From the NCBI GenBank assembly GCA_905236245.1, contig CAJOPC010000005.1, forward strand, positions 539 through 64,538: a DNA stretch of 64,000 nucleotides. The letters run 5' to 3'. Source of the stretch: an uncultured Alphaproteobacteria bacterium (GTDB lineage: Bacteria; Pseudomonadota; Alphaproteobacteria; CAAHEQ01; UBA3637). The notes below the pieces were generated by a model, which had not been told where the DNA came from, made no database searches, and saw only the letters and a program-made list of their open reading frames with translations. The stretch's first letter is position 1, and every line of letters begins with the position of its first letter. Shown here piece by piece: positions 36,926 to 46,818 of this stretch. Both the position numbers and the translations under genes were made by a program.

Positions 36926-38673
36926 AGCGCTTAATTTTTTTATTTATTTTGTTTTGTATGAAAGATGTTTTTGCTGCGCATGGTTTGGCATTACATGGCG
37001 CCCCCAAATTGTCGCCCAATTTTGATCATTTTGATTATGTAAATCCTGAAGCCCCCAAGCGAGGGCTTTTGCGACAAGCAACAACCGCCGGTTTCGATAC
37101 TTTTAATCCGTTTACAATTAATGGAATTTCTCCTGCGGGGATTGGTTTAACGCATGATACGTTGATGAAGGCAAATGCAAATGAAGCGTTCACACAATAT
37201 GGATTGATTGCCGAAGATATTGTTTTGTCGAAAGATAAAAAAAATGTCACGTTTACATTGAATCCAAATGCTCAATTTAATGATAAATCCCCGATTACCA
37301 GTGAAGATGTATTATTTTCATTTAATATTTTAAAAGAAAAAGGTTTGCCTATTTACCGTGTTTATTATCAAGATGTTGCGTCGGCAGAAATTGTGGATAA
37401 AAGAACAATTCGGTTTCATTTAAAAAATACCGATAATCGTGAGTTGCCTTTGATTTTGGGACAGCTCCCCGTTTTATCAAAAAAATGGTGGGAGAATAGA
37501 GATTTTACAAAAACTTCCTTGGATATTCCTGTGTCTAGCGGGCCCTATCAGATACAAAAATTTCAAGCTAATCGGTCTATAACGTATGAAAGAAATCCGG
37601 ACTATTGGGCGAAGGATTTAAATGTCAACAAGGGTTTTTATAATTTTAACGAAATTCGTTTTGATACATATTTAGATAGCACAGTTACAATAGAGGCGTT
37701 GCGTTCGAATCTAATAGATGTCCATGTTGAAAATGTGGCCAAAAGATGGGTGACCGAGCAAGCTTGGCCAGAAGTCAAAAAAGGTCAAATTTTAAGCACC
37801 GAAATTATCAATAATTTACCTTCGGGGATGCAAGGATTTGTCTTTAATTTGCGTAATCCTCTGTTTCAAGATATTCGTGTGAGGCAAGCTTTAACAAAGG
37901 TTCTTGATTTCGAATGGATCAACCAAAATTTATTCCACGGATTATATCATCGGACGACAAGCTATTTTGATAATTCCGTTTTAAAAGCACCTCCGTTGCC
38001 GGATAAAGAGGAATTAAAATTATTAAATCCTTATAAAGAACATTTGCCAGAATCTGTTTTTACAACAGTCTTTTCATTGCCTGATTTACCTTCTCGGCAG
38101 GCACTAAAAGAAGCTTATGATTTACTGCAAGAGGCAGGATGGAGTGTTGAAAACAATATTTTACAAAAAGAGGGAAAGCCATTTCGATTTACATTGTTGA
38201 TGGATTCTTTGTCTGCCCCAGTATGGGAAAGAATTGCCCTACCTTTTGTTGCTCGATTGAAACGTTTAGGTATTCAGGCGGATATTCAAACAATAGACTT
38301 GCTTCAATATAAAAATAGATTGGATCAATTTGATTTTGATATGATTGTTTTTGTTTGGGGAGAGTCTTTATCCCCCGGCAATGAACAAGCCGATTATTGG
38401 GGTTCGGTTGCAGCAGATACACCCGGAAGCAGTAATTTGTCCGGCATCAAAAATGCCGCAATTGATACATTAATTCAAAAGATAAAAAATGCTCAAACAG
38501 AGCACCAATTGCAAACCGCAGTTCATGCTTTGGATCGTGTTTTGTTACATCATTATTTAGTTATTCCACATTGGTATAGTCCAACCACGAGATTGTTGTT
38601 TTCTCCGACATTGGAACATCCGGCAGCGCACTCGCTTCATGGGATTGATTTGATGACTTGGTGGAAAAAATAA
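36922..38673 (+). CDS. ABC transporter substrate-binding protein, family 5 (peptide/YejA-like)
   Basis: 583 aa with a signal peptide (…MKDVFAAHG). The N-terminal block HGLALHGAPKLSPNFDHFDYVNPEAPKRG is typical of YejA-like SBPs. No permease or ATPase genes are adjacent. Confidence 0.8.
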   Translation: MKRLIFLFILFCMKDVFAAHGLALHGAPKLSPNFDHFDYVNPEAPKRGLLRQATTAGFDTFNPFTINGISPAGIGLTHDTLMKANANEAFTQYGLIAEDIVLSKDKKNVTFTLNPNAQFNDKSPITSEDVLFSFNILKEKGLPIYRVYYQDVASAEIVDKRTIRFHLKNTDNRELPLILGQLPVLSKKWWENRDFTKTSLDIPVSSGPYQIQKFQANRSITYERNPDYWAKDLNVNKGFYNFNEIRFDTYLDSTVTIEALRSNLIDVHVENVAKRWVTEQAWPEVKKGQILSTEIINNLPSGMQGFVFNLRNPLFQDIRVRQALTKVLDFEWINQNLFHGLYHRTTSYFDNSVLKAPPLPDKEELKLLNPYKEHLPESVFTTVFSLPDLPSRQALKEAYDLLQEAGWSVENNILQKEGKPFRFTLLMDSLSAPVWERIALPFVARLKRLGIQADIQTIDLLQYKNRLDQFDFDMIVFVWGESLSPGNEQADYWGSVAADTPGSSNLSGIKNAAIDTLIQKIKNAQTEHQLQTAVHALDRVLLHHYLVIPHWYSPTTRLLFSPTLEHPAAHSLHGIDLMTWWKK

Positions 38674-38729
38674 AATTTATGCTTGATATTCTTAAAAAAA
38701 ACGAGTATGAATAAAATAAAGAGGGAACG

Positions 38730-39338
38730 ATGAAGATATTTTCGTTAGTTATTTTATGGATGTTGATGGCTTTTCCTGTGCGGGCTCAAGATATGTTTTG
38801 GAGCTTTACGGATGAGCAACAACCATTGCCAATGACGCCGGAATGTGACGCCTATTTTGATGATGTGCGGGGCGGGGTGTTTACTCCATCGTTGGAGGAA
38901 GTTTATAAATATGGCGAGCTTTTTTTGGAAAATGAAGCGCCTGAAGTAAGGCGTCAAGCGCCGTATTGTTTTATGGTGGCAGCTTTTGCTGGCAACGCAA
39001 ATGCGCAATTAAGGTTGGCCCAATTGTACAATAAAGGGGATCTTTTGCCACAAGATGATTTAAGCGCATATAAGTGGGCCTTTATTTCCGCATTAAACGG
39101 GAATAAGCAAGCTGAAAAATTTACCTTGGATTTAGAGCAATTTTTGTCAGCGCAAGATTTGGCTGCGACAGGAAGCGCAATCGAGAAAGAGCATTTAAGA
39201 GTTCAAGAAAGAATGAAACAGGAATTGTCTGATATTCAAATCAAGATGGCTAACCAAGCTATTGAGAATCAGCCACAGGACGCTCCGACTCCAACAGATT
39301 TCGACAAGATTTTTTCAGACGAAGATCACTATCAATGA
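38730..39338 (+). CDS. secreted Sel1-like repeat protein
   Basis: Has a signal peptide (…AFPVRAQD) and an SLR-like unit AFAGNANAQLRLAQLYNKGDLLPQDDLSAYKWAFISALNGN. Confidence 0.55.
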   Translation: MKIFSLVILWMLMAFPVRAQDMFWSFTDEQQPLPMTPECDAYFDDVRGGVFTPSLEEVYKYGELFLENEAPEVRRQAPYCFMVAAFAGNANAQLRLAQLYNKGDLLPQDDLSAYKWAFISALNGNKQAEKFTLDLEQFLSAQDLAATGSAIEKEHLRVQERMKQELSDIQIKMANQAIENQPQDAPTPTDFDKIFSDEDHYQ

Positions 39339-39688
39339 AAAAAATTATTTTCTGTTTCGTGTTGCTAGTGTTTTCCCCTATACGAGCTTTAGGACAAGAT
39401 TTTATTCCCGGAACAGAGGATATTCCTTTGATGGAAGGATTATCTATTGATGAAAATGAAACCGTTATTTTTGATTCGCCGGATGGACAAATTATGACGG
39501 TGTTAGCAAAGACCTCACAAAAATCACAAGATGTTAAACGATTTTATAAGGCCTCTTTGACGGCCTTGGGATGGAAAGAAATTTCTCCGTCCACATATCA
39601 GCGTGGGCAAGATGCTTTATCCTTGACAGTAAGCCCTCAGCAAGATTCAACTTCGGTTAAGTTTCAAATTACAATTCCGAACAATTAA
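39335..39688 (+). CDS. secreted/periplasmic hypothetical protein (117 aa)
   Basis: Has a signal peptide MKKIIFCFVLLVFSPIRALG and an ATGA overlap with the upstream gene. I recognise no family. Confidence 0.5.
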   Translation: MKKIIFCFVLLVFSPIRALGQDFIPGTEDIPLMEGLSIDENETVIFDSPDGQIMTVLAKTSQKSQDVKRFYKASLTALGWKEISPSTYQRGQDALSLTVSPQQDSTSVKFQITIPNN

Positions 39689-39696
39689 AAAAGTTA

Positions 39697-39725
39697 TTGA
39701 CTTTTCATTTATTTTTTTGTAAAAT
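39697..39725 (+). promoter_or_regulatory. candidate promoter (TTGACT-17-TAAAAT) for rpsT
   Basis: Hexamers read directly, about 40 nt upstream of ATG 39766. Confidence 0.4.
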
Positions 39726-39765
39726 AACCCTTGTTTGAACAAATTTATTTAAAGGATGAAACAAA

Positions 39766-40035
39766 ATGGCAAATTTACGTTCTTCTAAAACACGCGTTCG
39801 GCGCAATAAAAAAAGAGAGATTGTAAACAAAAAACGTTTAAGCGCTGTTCGTACAGCCGTGAAAGAAACACGTGCTGCTGTTGCTGCTGGAGACAAGGAT
39901 CGTGCACAAAAAGCTTATGTTAAAGCAGAAAGCGCATTGGCTCGTGCTGCAACAAAAAGAACTATTAAGAAGGGTACTGCTTCGCGTCAAACTTCTCGTT
40001 TGGCTCAGGCAATTAAAGCACTTTTTGCAAAATAA
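39766..40035 (+). CDS. rpsT: 30S ribosomal protein bS20
   Basis: 89 aa. MANLRSSKTRVRRNKKREIVNKKRLSAVRTAVK is the bS20 signature. Confidence 0.93.
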   Translation: MANLRSSKTRVRRNKKREIVNKKRLSAVRTAVKETRAAVAAGDKDRAQKAYVKAESALARAATKRTIKKGTASRQTSRLAQAIKALFAK

Positions 40036-40054
40036 CCTTTCAAAATTCCTAAAA

Positions 40055-40078
40055 GCCACCCAGTTGGGTGGTTTTTTT
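40055..40078 (+). terminator. rho-independent terminator after rpsT
   Basis: Stem CCACCC (40056-61), loop AGTT, stem GGGTGG (40066-71), followed by a T7 run. Confidence 0.7.
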
Positions 40079-40101
40079 GTTATTTTTTCAAGTGGAAAGG
40101 C

Positions 40102-40130
40102 TTGACAGTTCCTAAAAAATCTGCGATATT
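40102..40130 (+). promoter_or_regulatory. candidate promoter (TTGACA-17-GATATT) for cdsA-rseP-bamA...
   Basis: The consensus -35 coincides with the TTG that the ORF track used as a start. This supports the downstream ATG 40159 as the true cdsA start. Confidence 0.35.
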
Positions 40131-40158
40131 CATTGTAAAAATAAGAAAGGATATCAAA

Positions 40159-40995
40159 ATGCATTCTAACCTTTTTTTAAGAATTGTTTCGTCTGTGATT
40201 TTTGTTCCCATTGTTTTGGGCGCCATTTGGTATGGCCGCGGAGCTTATGAAGAATTTTCCATCCCGCTTTTTAATATCTTTTTGGCGTGCTTAGGCGCGG
40301 GCCTTGCATGGGAGTGGGATACAATGTTCCACAAAAAAATCACTATTTGTAGTATTTTGTTGACGCTGTTTGCATGTTTGGCTGTTTTTATAACCGAAGA
40401 TCGGCCGTTGTTTGCTTTGTGGATGATTTTAGTTGGAACGATGGTTATATTTTATAAAACAAAAGGAAATTTGGCATTTGCTTTGGGAACGCCTTATATT
40501 ATGTTGCCGCTTGTTTCGTTGAGCTTTTTGTATTACACAAACGGACATATCAGTCGAGAAATTGTTTTATGGTTATTTTTTGTTGTATGGGCTACAGACG
40601 TCGGCGGATATGTGGTTGGCAAGTCAATCGGAGGGCCAAAATTGATGCCGAGTATTAGCCCTAAAAAAACTTGGGCCGGCTTGATCGGCGCGATTTGTTT
40701 TGCTATGGCCATTGCTTATATTTTCGCCCTGTATCTGAAAGCTTATGGATATATGACAGGATCTTTTTCTTATAATACACGTATGTTGGTTCTTTCTTCT
40801 GGTTTGTTGGCGATTATTTCGCAAGCGGGAGATTTGTTTGAATCAAAAATCAAGAGACTTTTAAACATTAAGGATTCCAGCCATTTGATTCCCGGACAAG
40901 GTGGTTTATTTGATCGTTTTGATGGCTTGATTTTTGCGGCAATGGCTGTGGCTATTTTTGTTGTGTTTGTCGGAGAAAGTTGGTGGACCCCATGA
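40159..40995 (+). CDS. cdsA: phosphatidate cytidylyltransferase
   Basis: A multi-TM protein with SPKKTWAG and the signature SKIKRLLNIKDSSHLIPGQGGLFDRFDG. AAGAAAGGA SD before ATG 40159. Confidence 0.88.
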   Translation: MHSNLFLRIVSSVIFVPIVLGAIWYGRGAYEEFSIPLFNIFLACLGAGLAWEWDTMFHKKITICSILLTLFACLAVFITEDRPLFALWMILVGTMVIFYKTKGNLAFALGTPYIMLPLVSLSFLYYTNGHISREIVLWLFFVVWATDVGGYVVGKSIGGPKLMPSISPKKTWAGLIGAICFAMAIAYIFALYLKAYGYMTGSFSYNTRMLVLSSGLLAIISQAGDLFESKIKRLLNIKDSSHLIPGQGGLFDRFDGLIFAAMAVAIFVVFVGESWWTP

Positions 40996-42089
40996 TAACA
41001 ACTCTTTTTTACCTGGCCGCGTTTATTATAGTACTGTCTTTGGTGGTTATTGTCCACGAAGGCGGGCATTTTATTGTTGCGCGCTTGTGCGGTGTAAAAG
41101 TTGTAGAATTTTCCATGGGCTTTGGAAAAATCCTCTTTTCTCATACGGATAAAAAGGGAACGGCTTGGCAAGTTCGTCTGATTCCGCTTGGCGGATATGT
41201 GAAAATGTTGGGAGATGAAGATCCGGCCAGTGCAAAATCTTCAGATAAAGATATTCCGGAAGAAGATAAAGATAAAACTTTTGTGTCAAAAAGTCTTTGG
41301 CGTCGTGCTGCGATTATTTTCGCAGGTCCTGCTACGAACTATTTATTCGCCTTTGTTTTGATCGCCGGATTGCTTTGGCAGTTGGGTGAGGTCATTATCA
41401 AGCCTGTGATTGGATCGGTTATTCCAGATTCGGCCGCGGAAGAAGCCCATTTATTGCCTCAGGATGAGATTGTTTCTATCAATGGCACGCCGATAGTGTC
41501 ATTTTCTGATATTCAACGGGTGACACGTTTGACCGATTATGATAAAACTTTGGCTCTTACGATTCGTAGAAATGGGGAAGAAATTTTGGTTCAACTGACG
41601 CCCAAAGTGGATCCCAAATCAAAAATGCCGTTGATTGGTATTACATCATCGTCCGAAACTATTGTTATCAACAACAATTTATCCTTGGGTGAAGCGCTTC
41701 AAAAATCTGCACTAACATTGTGGGAAACAACGCGTGATACCCTGATTTACTTAGGACAGGTGATTTCCGGACATCGTGTTCCAAGCGAGATGCGTGGACC
41801 TTTGGGTATTGCAGAAGCTTCGGGCGACGCAATGGCCGCGGGGCTTATTTCTTTGTTGGCTTTTGTTGCACAAATATCTATAGCGATAGGCCTCATGAAT
41901 TTATTGCCGATTCCTGTATTGGATGGAGGACATTTGTTCCTTTATTTGATTGAGGCTATTCGACGCAAACCTTTAACCGAAAAAATGCAAGGAGCCATTA
42001 TGTGGGCAGGGCTCAGCATTTTATTAGCAATCTTTGCCTACACGATGATTTTGGATGTCCCCAGAATCATACAAAGGATTATGGGATGA
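40992..42089 (+). CDS. rseP: site-2 (RIP) zinc metalloprotease RseP
   Basis: ATG 40992 (ATGA overlap with cdsA). It has HEGGHFIVAR (HExxH), an internal PDZ-like region and NLLPIPVLDGGH. Confidence 0.9.
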   Translation: MITTLFYLAAFIIVLSLVVIVHEGGHFIVARLCGVKVVEFSMGFGKILFSHTDKKGTAWQVRLIPLGGYVKMLGDEDPASAKSSDKDIPEEDKDKTFVSKSLWRRAAIIFAGPATNYLFAFVLIAGLLWQLGEVIIKPVIGSVIPDSAAEEAHLLPQDEIVSINGTPIVSFSDIQRVTRLTDYDKTLALTIRRNGEEILVQLTPKVDPKSKMPLIGITSSSETIVINNNLSLGEALQKSALTLWETTRDTLIYLGQVISGHRVPSEMRGPLGIAEASGDAMAAGLISLLAFVAQISIAIGLMNLLPIPVLDGGHLFLYLIEAIRRKPLTEKMQGAIMWAGLSILLAIFAYTMILDVPRIIQRIMG

Positions 42090-44350
42090 AAGCATTAAAA
42101 TATACACTTTTAACGGCCGTCAGTTTGTCTGCATTTGTTGCAAATGCTGAAACATTAAAGGATATCAAAATTTCCGGGACCAATCGTATTGAAAATGAAA
42201 CCGTTTTGAATTATACGGGATTAAAGATTGGCCAAAATGTTTCTGAAGCAGATTTAGATGCCGCAACAAAAACATTGTTTGCAACAGGATTGTTTTCTAA
42301 TGTTGATATCAAAATGAATAAAGGATCCGCTTCGGTTAAGGTGGAAGAAAACCCGATTGTTTATGAAGTTTTCTTTGAAGGAAACAAAGCATTAGAAGAT
42401 AATGTATTAAAAACAGAAGTGCAATTAAAACCACGTTCGGTATACACCAAAGCAAAATTACAAAAAGATGCTGATCGGTTGTTGGCCGTGTATCGTCGTA
42501 ATGGTCGTTTTGCCGCGACAGTAGATCCTAAGATCATCAAAAAAGATCAAAATCGTGTAGATGTAATTTTCGAAATTAATGAGGGCGGAAAAGCCTTTGT
42601 GCGCGAGATTGTTTTTGAAGGGAATACGGCCTTTTCTGAAAAGGTTTTGGAAGGGAAAATGATGACCCAGGAAAAGGCATGGTATCGTTTCCTTTCAAAT
42701 ACGGACACATATGATGCCGATCGTTTTAAATATGATCAAGAATTGATTCGCCGGTTTTATTTGGAAAATGGTTATCTTGATTTCAATATTATCGATTCCA
42801 TGGCGGAACTTACCGCGGATAAAGAAGGATTTATTCTAACATTAAAGCTGGATGAAGGAGAACGGTATCGTATTGAGAAACAAGAATTAAAGGTCACTTT
42901 GCCGGATTATAAAAATAATTTGGATTTGGAAGATTTTTTGGAACAAGACGATGGTGATTTTATCGATATTACCAAGGTTGAAAAAACGGTGGATGCCCTC
43001 ACGGATAAATTGTTGAACGACGGGTATGCGTTTGTCAATGTGGAGCCTGATATTATTCCAAACCGTGAAAGTCATACAGCGAAAGTTACATATCGTGTTT
43101 CAGAGGGTGAAAAGGTCTTTATTCGCCGTATCAATATCAAAGGTAATTCCAGAACTCAGGACACAGTTATTCGTCGTGAATTCCGCATTAAAGAGGGTGA
43201 TGCTTATAATGCTAATTTGCTCAGACGTTCAAAACAAAATGTTTCTGATTTAGATTATTTCTCAACGGTAGAAATGAACACCGCTCCTGTTCCGCTGAAT
43301 CCGAGCATGGCGGATGTTGAAATGTCTGTGGCCGAAAAATCAACAGGGGCCTTTAACATTGGGGTCGGTTGGTCATCCTATGACGGTATGATGTTTGAAA
43401 CTGGTATTCAAGAACGTAATATTTTGGGAACCGGAAAGACGGCGGGTTTAAATTTGATGTTAAGCCAAAAGGAGACACAATATACGGTTAGCTTGTCTGA
43501 TCCGTATTTCTTGGGCTATCCGTTGTCGGCAGGTATTGAGTTGTATCATACAACCCGAGATAATTCAGATTCTTCATCCTATAGCTACAAGACGATTGGT
43601 GGCACGATTCATTTCGGATGGAACTACACAGAACGTTTAAGACAAGTTGTTCGTTATACATTGCGTCAGGATGATATTGATGATGTGGATAGCGACGCTT
43701 CTTTGTCCATTAAAGAACAAAAAGGAAAAACGATTGTTTCCATGATCGGTCAAGATTTGATTTATGATAAACGTGATAGTCGTCTTAATCCGACGACCGG
43801 TTATTATACATCTTTCAGCTCGGATCTAGCTGGTTTGGGTGGTGATGCTAAATTCTTCCGAATCGATGGAACCGCTATCAAGTATTTCTCGGTTGCCGAG
43901 GATGTGGTATTCTCGTTGCGTGCTGATGGAGGTTATATTTGGGGCATTGGTGGCGAAGATTTACGCATTAACGATCGTTATTTCTTAGGTGACAGAAGTT
44001 TGCGCGGATTTGAATATGGTGGTGTTGGTGCTCGAGATAAAGCAACAGACGACGCTTTGGGTGGCGATTGGTATACAACGGTCAGTGCTGAGTTGACCTT
44101 CCCAATCGGATTGCCAAAAGAAATGGGAATAAAGGGGAAAGTATTCTCGGATGCTGGTTTAATTGGTAAGCCAGATAATTATGATTCCAAGACAATGGAA
44201 TATTCCAATAAGCTGCGTGCTGCAGCCGGAACCGGAATTGAATGGTCGTCTCCAATGGGCGTCATCAATTTTGACTTTTCATACGCCTTTGCAAAAGAAG
44301 ACTATGATAAAACACGCGTTTTCCGTTTGAACTTCGGAAAAGGTTTTTAA
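42086..44350 (+). CDS. bamA: outer membrane protein assembly factor BamA
   Basis: The start is trimmed to ATG 42086 (ATGA overlap). It has the signal peptide MKALKYTLLTAVSLSAFVANA, POTRA repeats (IKISGTNRIENETV..., IVFEGNTAFSE..., INIKGNSRTQDTVIRREF) and a beta-barrel ending ...FRLNFGKGF. Confidence 0.93.
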   Translation: MKALKYTLLTAVSLSAFVANAETLKDIKISGTNRIENETVLNYTGLKIGQNVSEADLDAATKTLFATGLFSNVDIKMNKGSASVKVEENPIVYEVFFEGNKALEDNVLKTEVQLKPRSVYTKAKLQKDADRLLAVYRRNGRFAATVDPKIIKKDQNRVDVIFEINEGGKAFVREIVFEGNTAFSEKVLEGKMMTQEKAWYRFLSNTDTYDADRFKYDQELIRRFYLENGYLDFNIIDSMAELTADKEGFILTLKLDEGERYRIEKQELKVTLPDYKNNLDLEDFLEQDDGDFIDITKVEKTVDALTDKLLNDGYAFVNVEPDIIPNRESHTAKVTYRVSEGEKVFIRRINIKGNSRTQDTVIRREFRIKEGDAYNANLLRRSKQNVSDLDYFSTVEMNTAPVPLNPSMADVEMSVAEKSTGAFNIGVGWSSYDGMMFETGIQERNILGTGKTAGLNLMLSQKETQYTVSLSDPYFLGYPLSAGIELYHTTRDNSDSSSYSYKTIGGTIHFGWNYTERLRQVVRYTLRQDDIDDVDSDASLSIKEQKGKTIVSMIGQDLIYDKRDSRLNPTTGYYTSFSSDLAGLGGDAKFFRIDGTAIKYFSVAEDVVFSLRADGGYIWGIGGEDLRINDRYFLGDRSLRGFEYGGVGARDKATDDALGGDWYTTVSAELTFPIGLPKEMGIKGKVFSDAGLIGKPDNYDSKTMEYSNKLRAAAGTGIEWSSPMGVINFDFSYAFAKEDYDKTRVFRLNFGKGF

Positions 44351-44371
44351 TTAAAAAGAAAGGAGAAAAAC

Positions 44372-44932
44372 ATGTATAAATCAAAAATTTTATTAACAAT
44401 TGCCGGAGGTCTTTTGATGACTTCGACACTCGCTTTGACTGGGTGCGATTCGAAACCACAGGTGGGAATTGTCAATTTCAGCTTGGTGCAAAAAAAGGCA
44501 AAAGCTTATCAGAGCGCCGAAACTCAACAAAAGAAATATGACGAACAAGTTCAAGCAAAAATCTTGAAAGATAAGGATTTCATCCAATTGCAAGAAGAAG
44601 GCAAAAAATTGTCTGAACAACAAAAGACAATGCCCGCTGCTGACTTTGAACGTAAATCCGCTTCTTTACAAGCTCGTGCATTAAAAATCAACGAAAAATA
44701 TCGTGGTGAGTTTGAACGGAATGCCTATGCTTCTCAATTGGCTTTAAAGGCTATTGAACAACAAATCGCAGAAGCAATTGAAGCAACAGCTAAAAGATCT
44801 GGTGCTAAAATTTTATTGCCAGTCAATTCCATTTTATATGCGGCCGAAAAAGTTGATTTGACCGATGTATTTGTGGAAGAATTAGATGCTCGTGCACAAT
44901 CTGTCGAGTATCCAGATCCATCTAAACTGTAA
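44372..44932 (+). CDS. skp: OmpH/Skp-family periplasmic chaperone
   Basis: 186 aa with a lipobox-like signal (LALTGC), a Lys/Gln/Glu-rich coiled body, and a position between bamA and lpxD. Confidence 0.8.
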   Translation: MYKSKILLTIAGGLLMTSTLALTGCDSKPQVGIVNFSLVQKKAKAYQSAETQQKKYDEQVQAKILKDKDFIQLQEEGKKLSEQQKTMPAADFERKSASLQARALKINEKYRGEFERNAYASQLALKAIEQQIAEAIEATAKRSGAKILLPVNSILYAAEKVDLTDVFVEELDARAQSVEYPDPSKL

Positions 44933-44945
44933 TAAGGAAGAAACT

Positions 44946-46025
44946 ATGGCTGATACACGCTTTTTTCAAAAAAAACAGGGGGGATTGAGTTTAGCCGACA
45001 TCGCGGCTTGTGGTGAGGTTGTTTTGCCGGTAGGCGTAGATGCTTCGAAAATCTTTGATGATGTGGCGGATTTGGAAAATGCCACGGAAAAAGATATTTC
45101 GTGGGCTTTTATCCCTTCTGTGCGTGATCAGTTAAAAGTGACGAAGGCCGGTGCGGTGATTGTTCCGGAAAACTTTAAGGAGTTGGTGCCGGAAGGTACG
45201 ATTGCCCTTATTTCCAAAGATGCTCATCGTTCCTATGGTTTGGTGGCAAGTGCTTTCTATCCCAATACTGTGGAACCATTTATTTCTCCGAATGCACATA
45301 TTGATCCTAGCGCACAGTTAGGAGATGGGTGCCGTGTGGAAGCTGGTGCCGTGATTGGTAAAAATGTTAAATTGGGCCCGATGTGTCATATTCGTGCAAA
45401 TGCTGTGGTTGAAGATGGCGTTGAAATGGGGCCAATGTGTATTGTTGGTGCAAATGCTACAGTATCACATTGTATTGCCGGCGCGAAGGTTTATATTTAC
45501 CCGGGCGCGCAGGTAGGTCAAGATGGCTTCGGTTTCGCGATGAGCCCAGAAAAAGGCCCTCAAAAATGCCCACAGTTAGGGCGTGTGATTATTGGCAATG
45601 ATGTCGAAATCGGATCTTGCACAACAGTGGACAGAGGTGCGATGGGTGATACGGTTATTGGAGATGGTTGTCGTATTGATAATTTGTGTCAGATCGCTCA
45701 TAACGTGAAATTAGGTCGTTGTTGTGTTATCGTGGCACAAAATGGTATTGCAGGAAGCTGTGAGTTTGGTGATTTTGTTGTGTCCGGCGGACAGGTCGGA
45801 TATGCGGGTCATTTAAAAATCGGCACAGGTGTTCAAGTTGCAGCCAAAGCCGGTGTTATTGGTAATGTAGAACCTATGAAAAAGCTGATGGGTGCTCCTG
45901 CACAAGAAGGGCATGAATATATGCGTCAAATTGTTGCATTGCGCGGACTGACAAAAAAGAAAACAGAACAAGTAAAAGCAGATGCTAAAATTTGGTTTTG
46001 GAAAAAGTTTATCAAGAAAGGTTAA
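44946..46025 (+). CDS. lpxD: UDP-3-O-acylglucosamine N-acyltransferase
   Basis: The start is trimmed to ATG 44946. It has left-handed beta-helix hexapeptide repeats and [22 protein letters not shown]. Confidence 0.92.
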   Translation: MADTRFFQKKQGGLSLADIAACGEVVLPVGVDASKIFDDVADLENATEKDISWAFIPSVRDQLKVTKAGAVIVPENFKELVPEGTIALISKDAHRSYGLVASAFYPNTVEPFISPNAHIDPSAQLGDGCRVEAGAVIGKNVKLGPMCHIRANAVVEDGVEMGPMCIVGANATVSHCIAGAKVYIYPGAQVGQDGFGFAMSPEKGPQKCPQLGRVIIGNDVEIGSCTTVDRGAMGDTVIGDGCRIDNLCQIAHNVKLGRCCVIVAQNGIAGSCEFGDFVVSGGQVGYAGHLKIGTGVQVAAKAGVIGNVEPMKKLMGAPAQEGHEYMRQIVALRGLTKKKTEQVKADAKIWFWKKFIKKG

Positions 46026-46028
46026 GCC

Positions 46029-46817
46029 ATGACAAAAATTCATCCGTCAAGCATTGTAGATCCTAAGGCCGAATTAGCAGATGATGTTGAAATCGGACCA
46101 TTTTGTACAGTTGGACCTCAAGTTAAAATTGGTGCAGGTACACGTTTGATTTCTCATAATGTGATTGATGGTGATACGGTTGTCGGAACGGGAAATACAT
46201 TGTATCCGTTTGCCAGTTTAGGTCTTCCTTGTCAACACAAACGCAATAAAGCCACAGATACAAAACTGGTGGTTGGGAATGATAACATCTTCCGTGAACA
46301 TTTTACAGCTCATACGGGCTCAGATGTAGATAATAAAATTACAACTATTGGTTCTCGTAACTGGTTTTTGGTGGGATCGCATGTTGCGCACGATTGTATT
46401 GTCGGAGACGATATCGTGATGAGCAATAATGCCGGTTTAGCCGGACATGTGATTGTGGATAATAAAGCAATTATTGGTGCGATGGCTGGTGTATTGCAAT
46501 TTACACATATTGGCGAAGGCGCTATGATTGGTGGTATGTGTGGCGTTGCTAGGGATGTGATTCCTTTTGGTATTGTGATGAGGGATGGTTTGGCTGGATT
46601 GAATTTGGTCGGTTTGCAACGTGCTGGGGTTGATAAAGCTCTGGTCATGGAATTACAAAAAGCATTTAAAGAGCTGTTTTTGTCGGAAGAAGGCGTTTTT
46701 GTGGATCGTTTGGAAAAATTAGCGGCTGAAAATAGTGCTAATCCGCTGATCCAAAAAGTGATTGCTTTCTGTCAGAATCCATCGAAAAATGGCATTTTGC
46801 AACCAGAGAGGAAATAA
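46029..46817 (+). CDS. lpxA: acyl-ACP--UDP-GlcNAc O-acyltransferase
   Basis: Starts MTKIHPSSIVDPKAELADDVEIGPFC and has hexapeptide repeats, VAHDCIVGD and GLNLVGLQRAG. Confidence 0.93.
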   Translation: MTKIHPSSIVDPKAELADDVEIGPFCTVGPQVKIGAGTRLISHNVIDGDTVVGTGNTLYPFASLGLPCQHKRNKATDTKLVVGNDNIFREHFTAHTGSDVDNKITTIGSRNWFLVGSHVAHDCIVGDDIVMSNNAGLAGHVIVDNKAIIGAMAGVLQFTHIGEGAMIGGMCGVARDVIPFGIVMRDGLAGLNLVGLQRAGVDKALVMELQKAFKELFLSEEGVFVDRLEKLAAENSANPLIQKVIAFCQNPSKNGILQPERK

Positions 46818-46818
46818 T

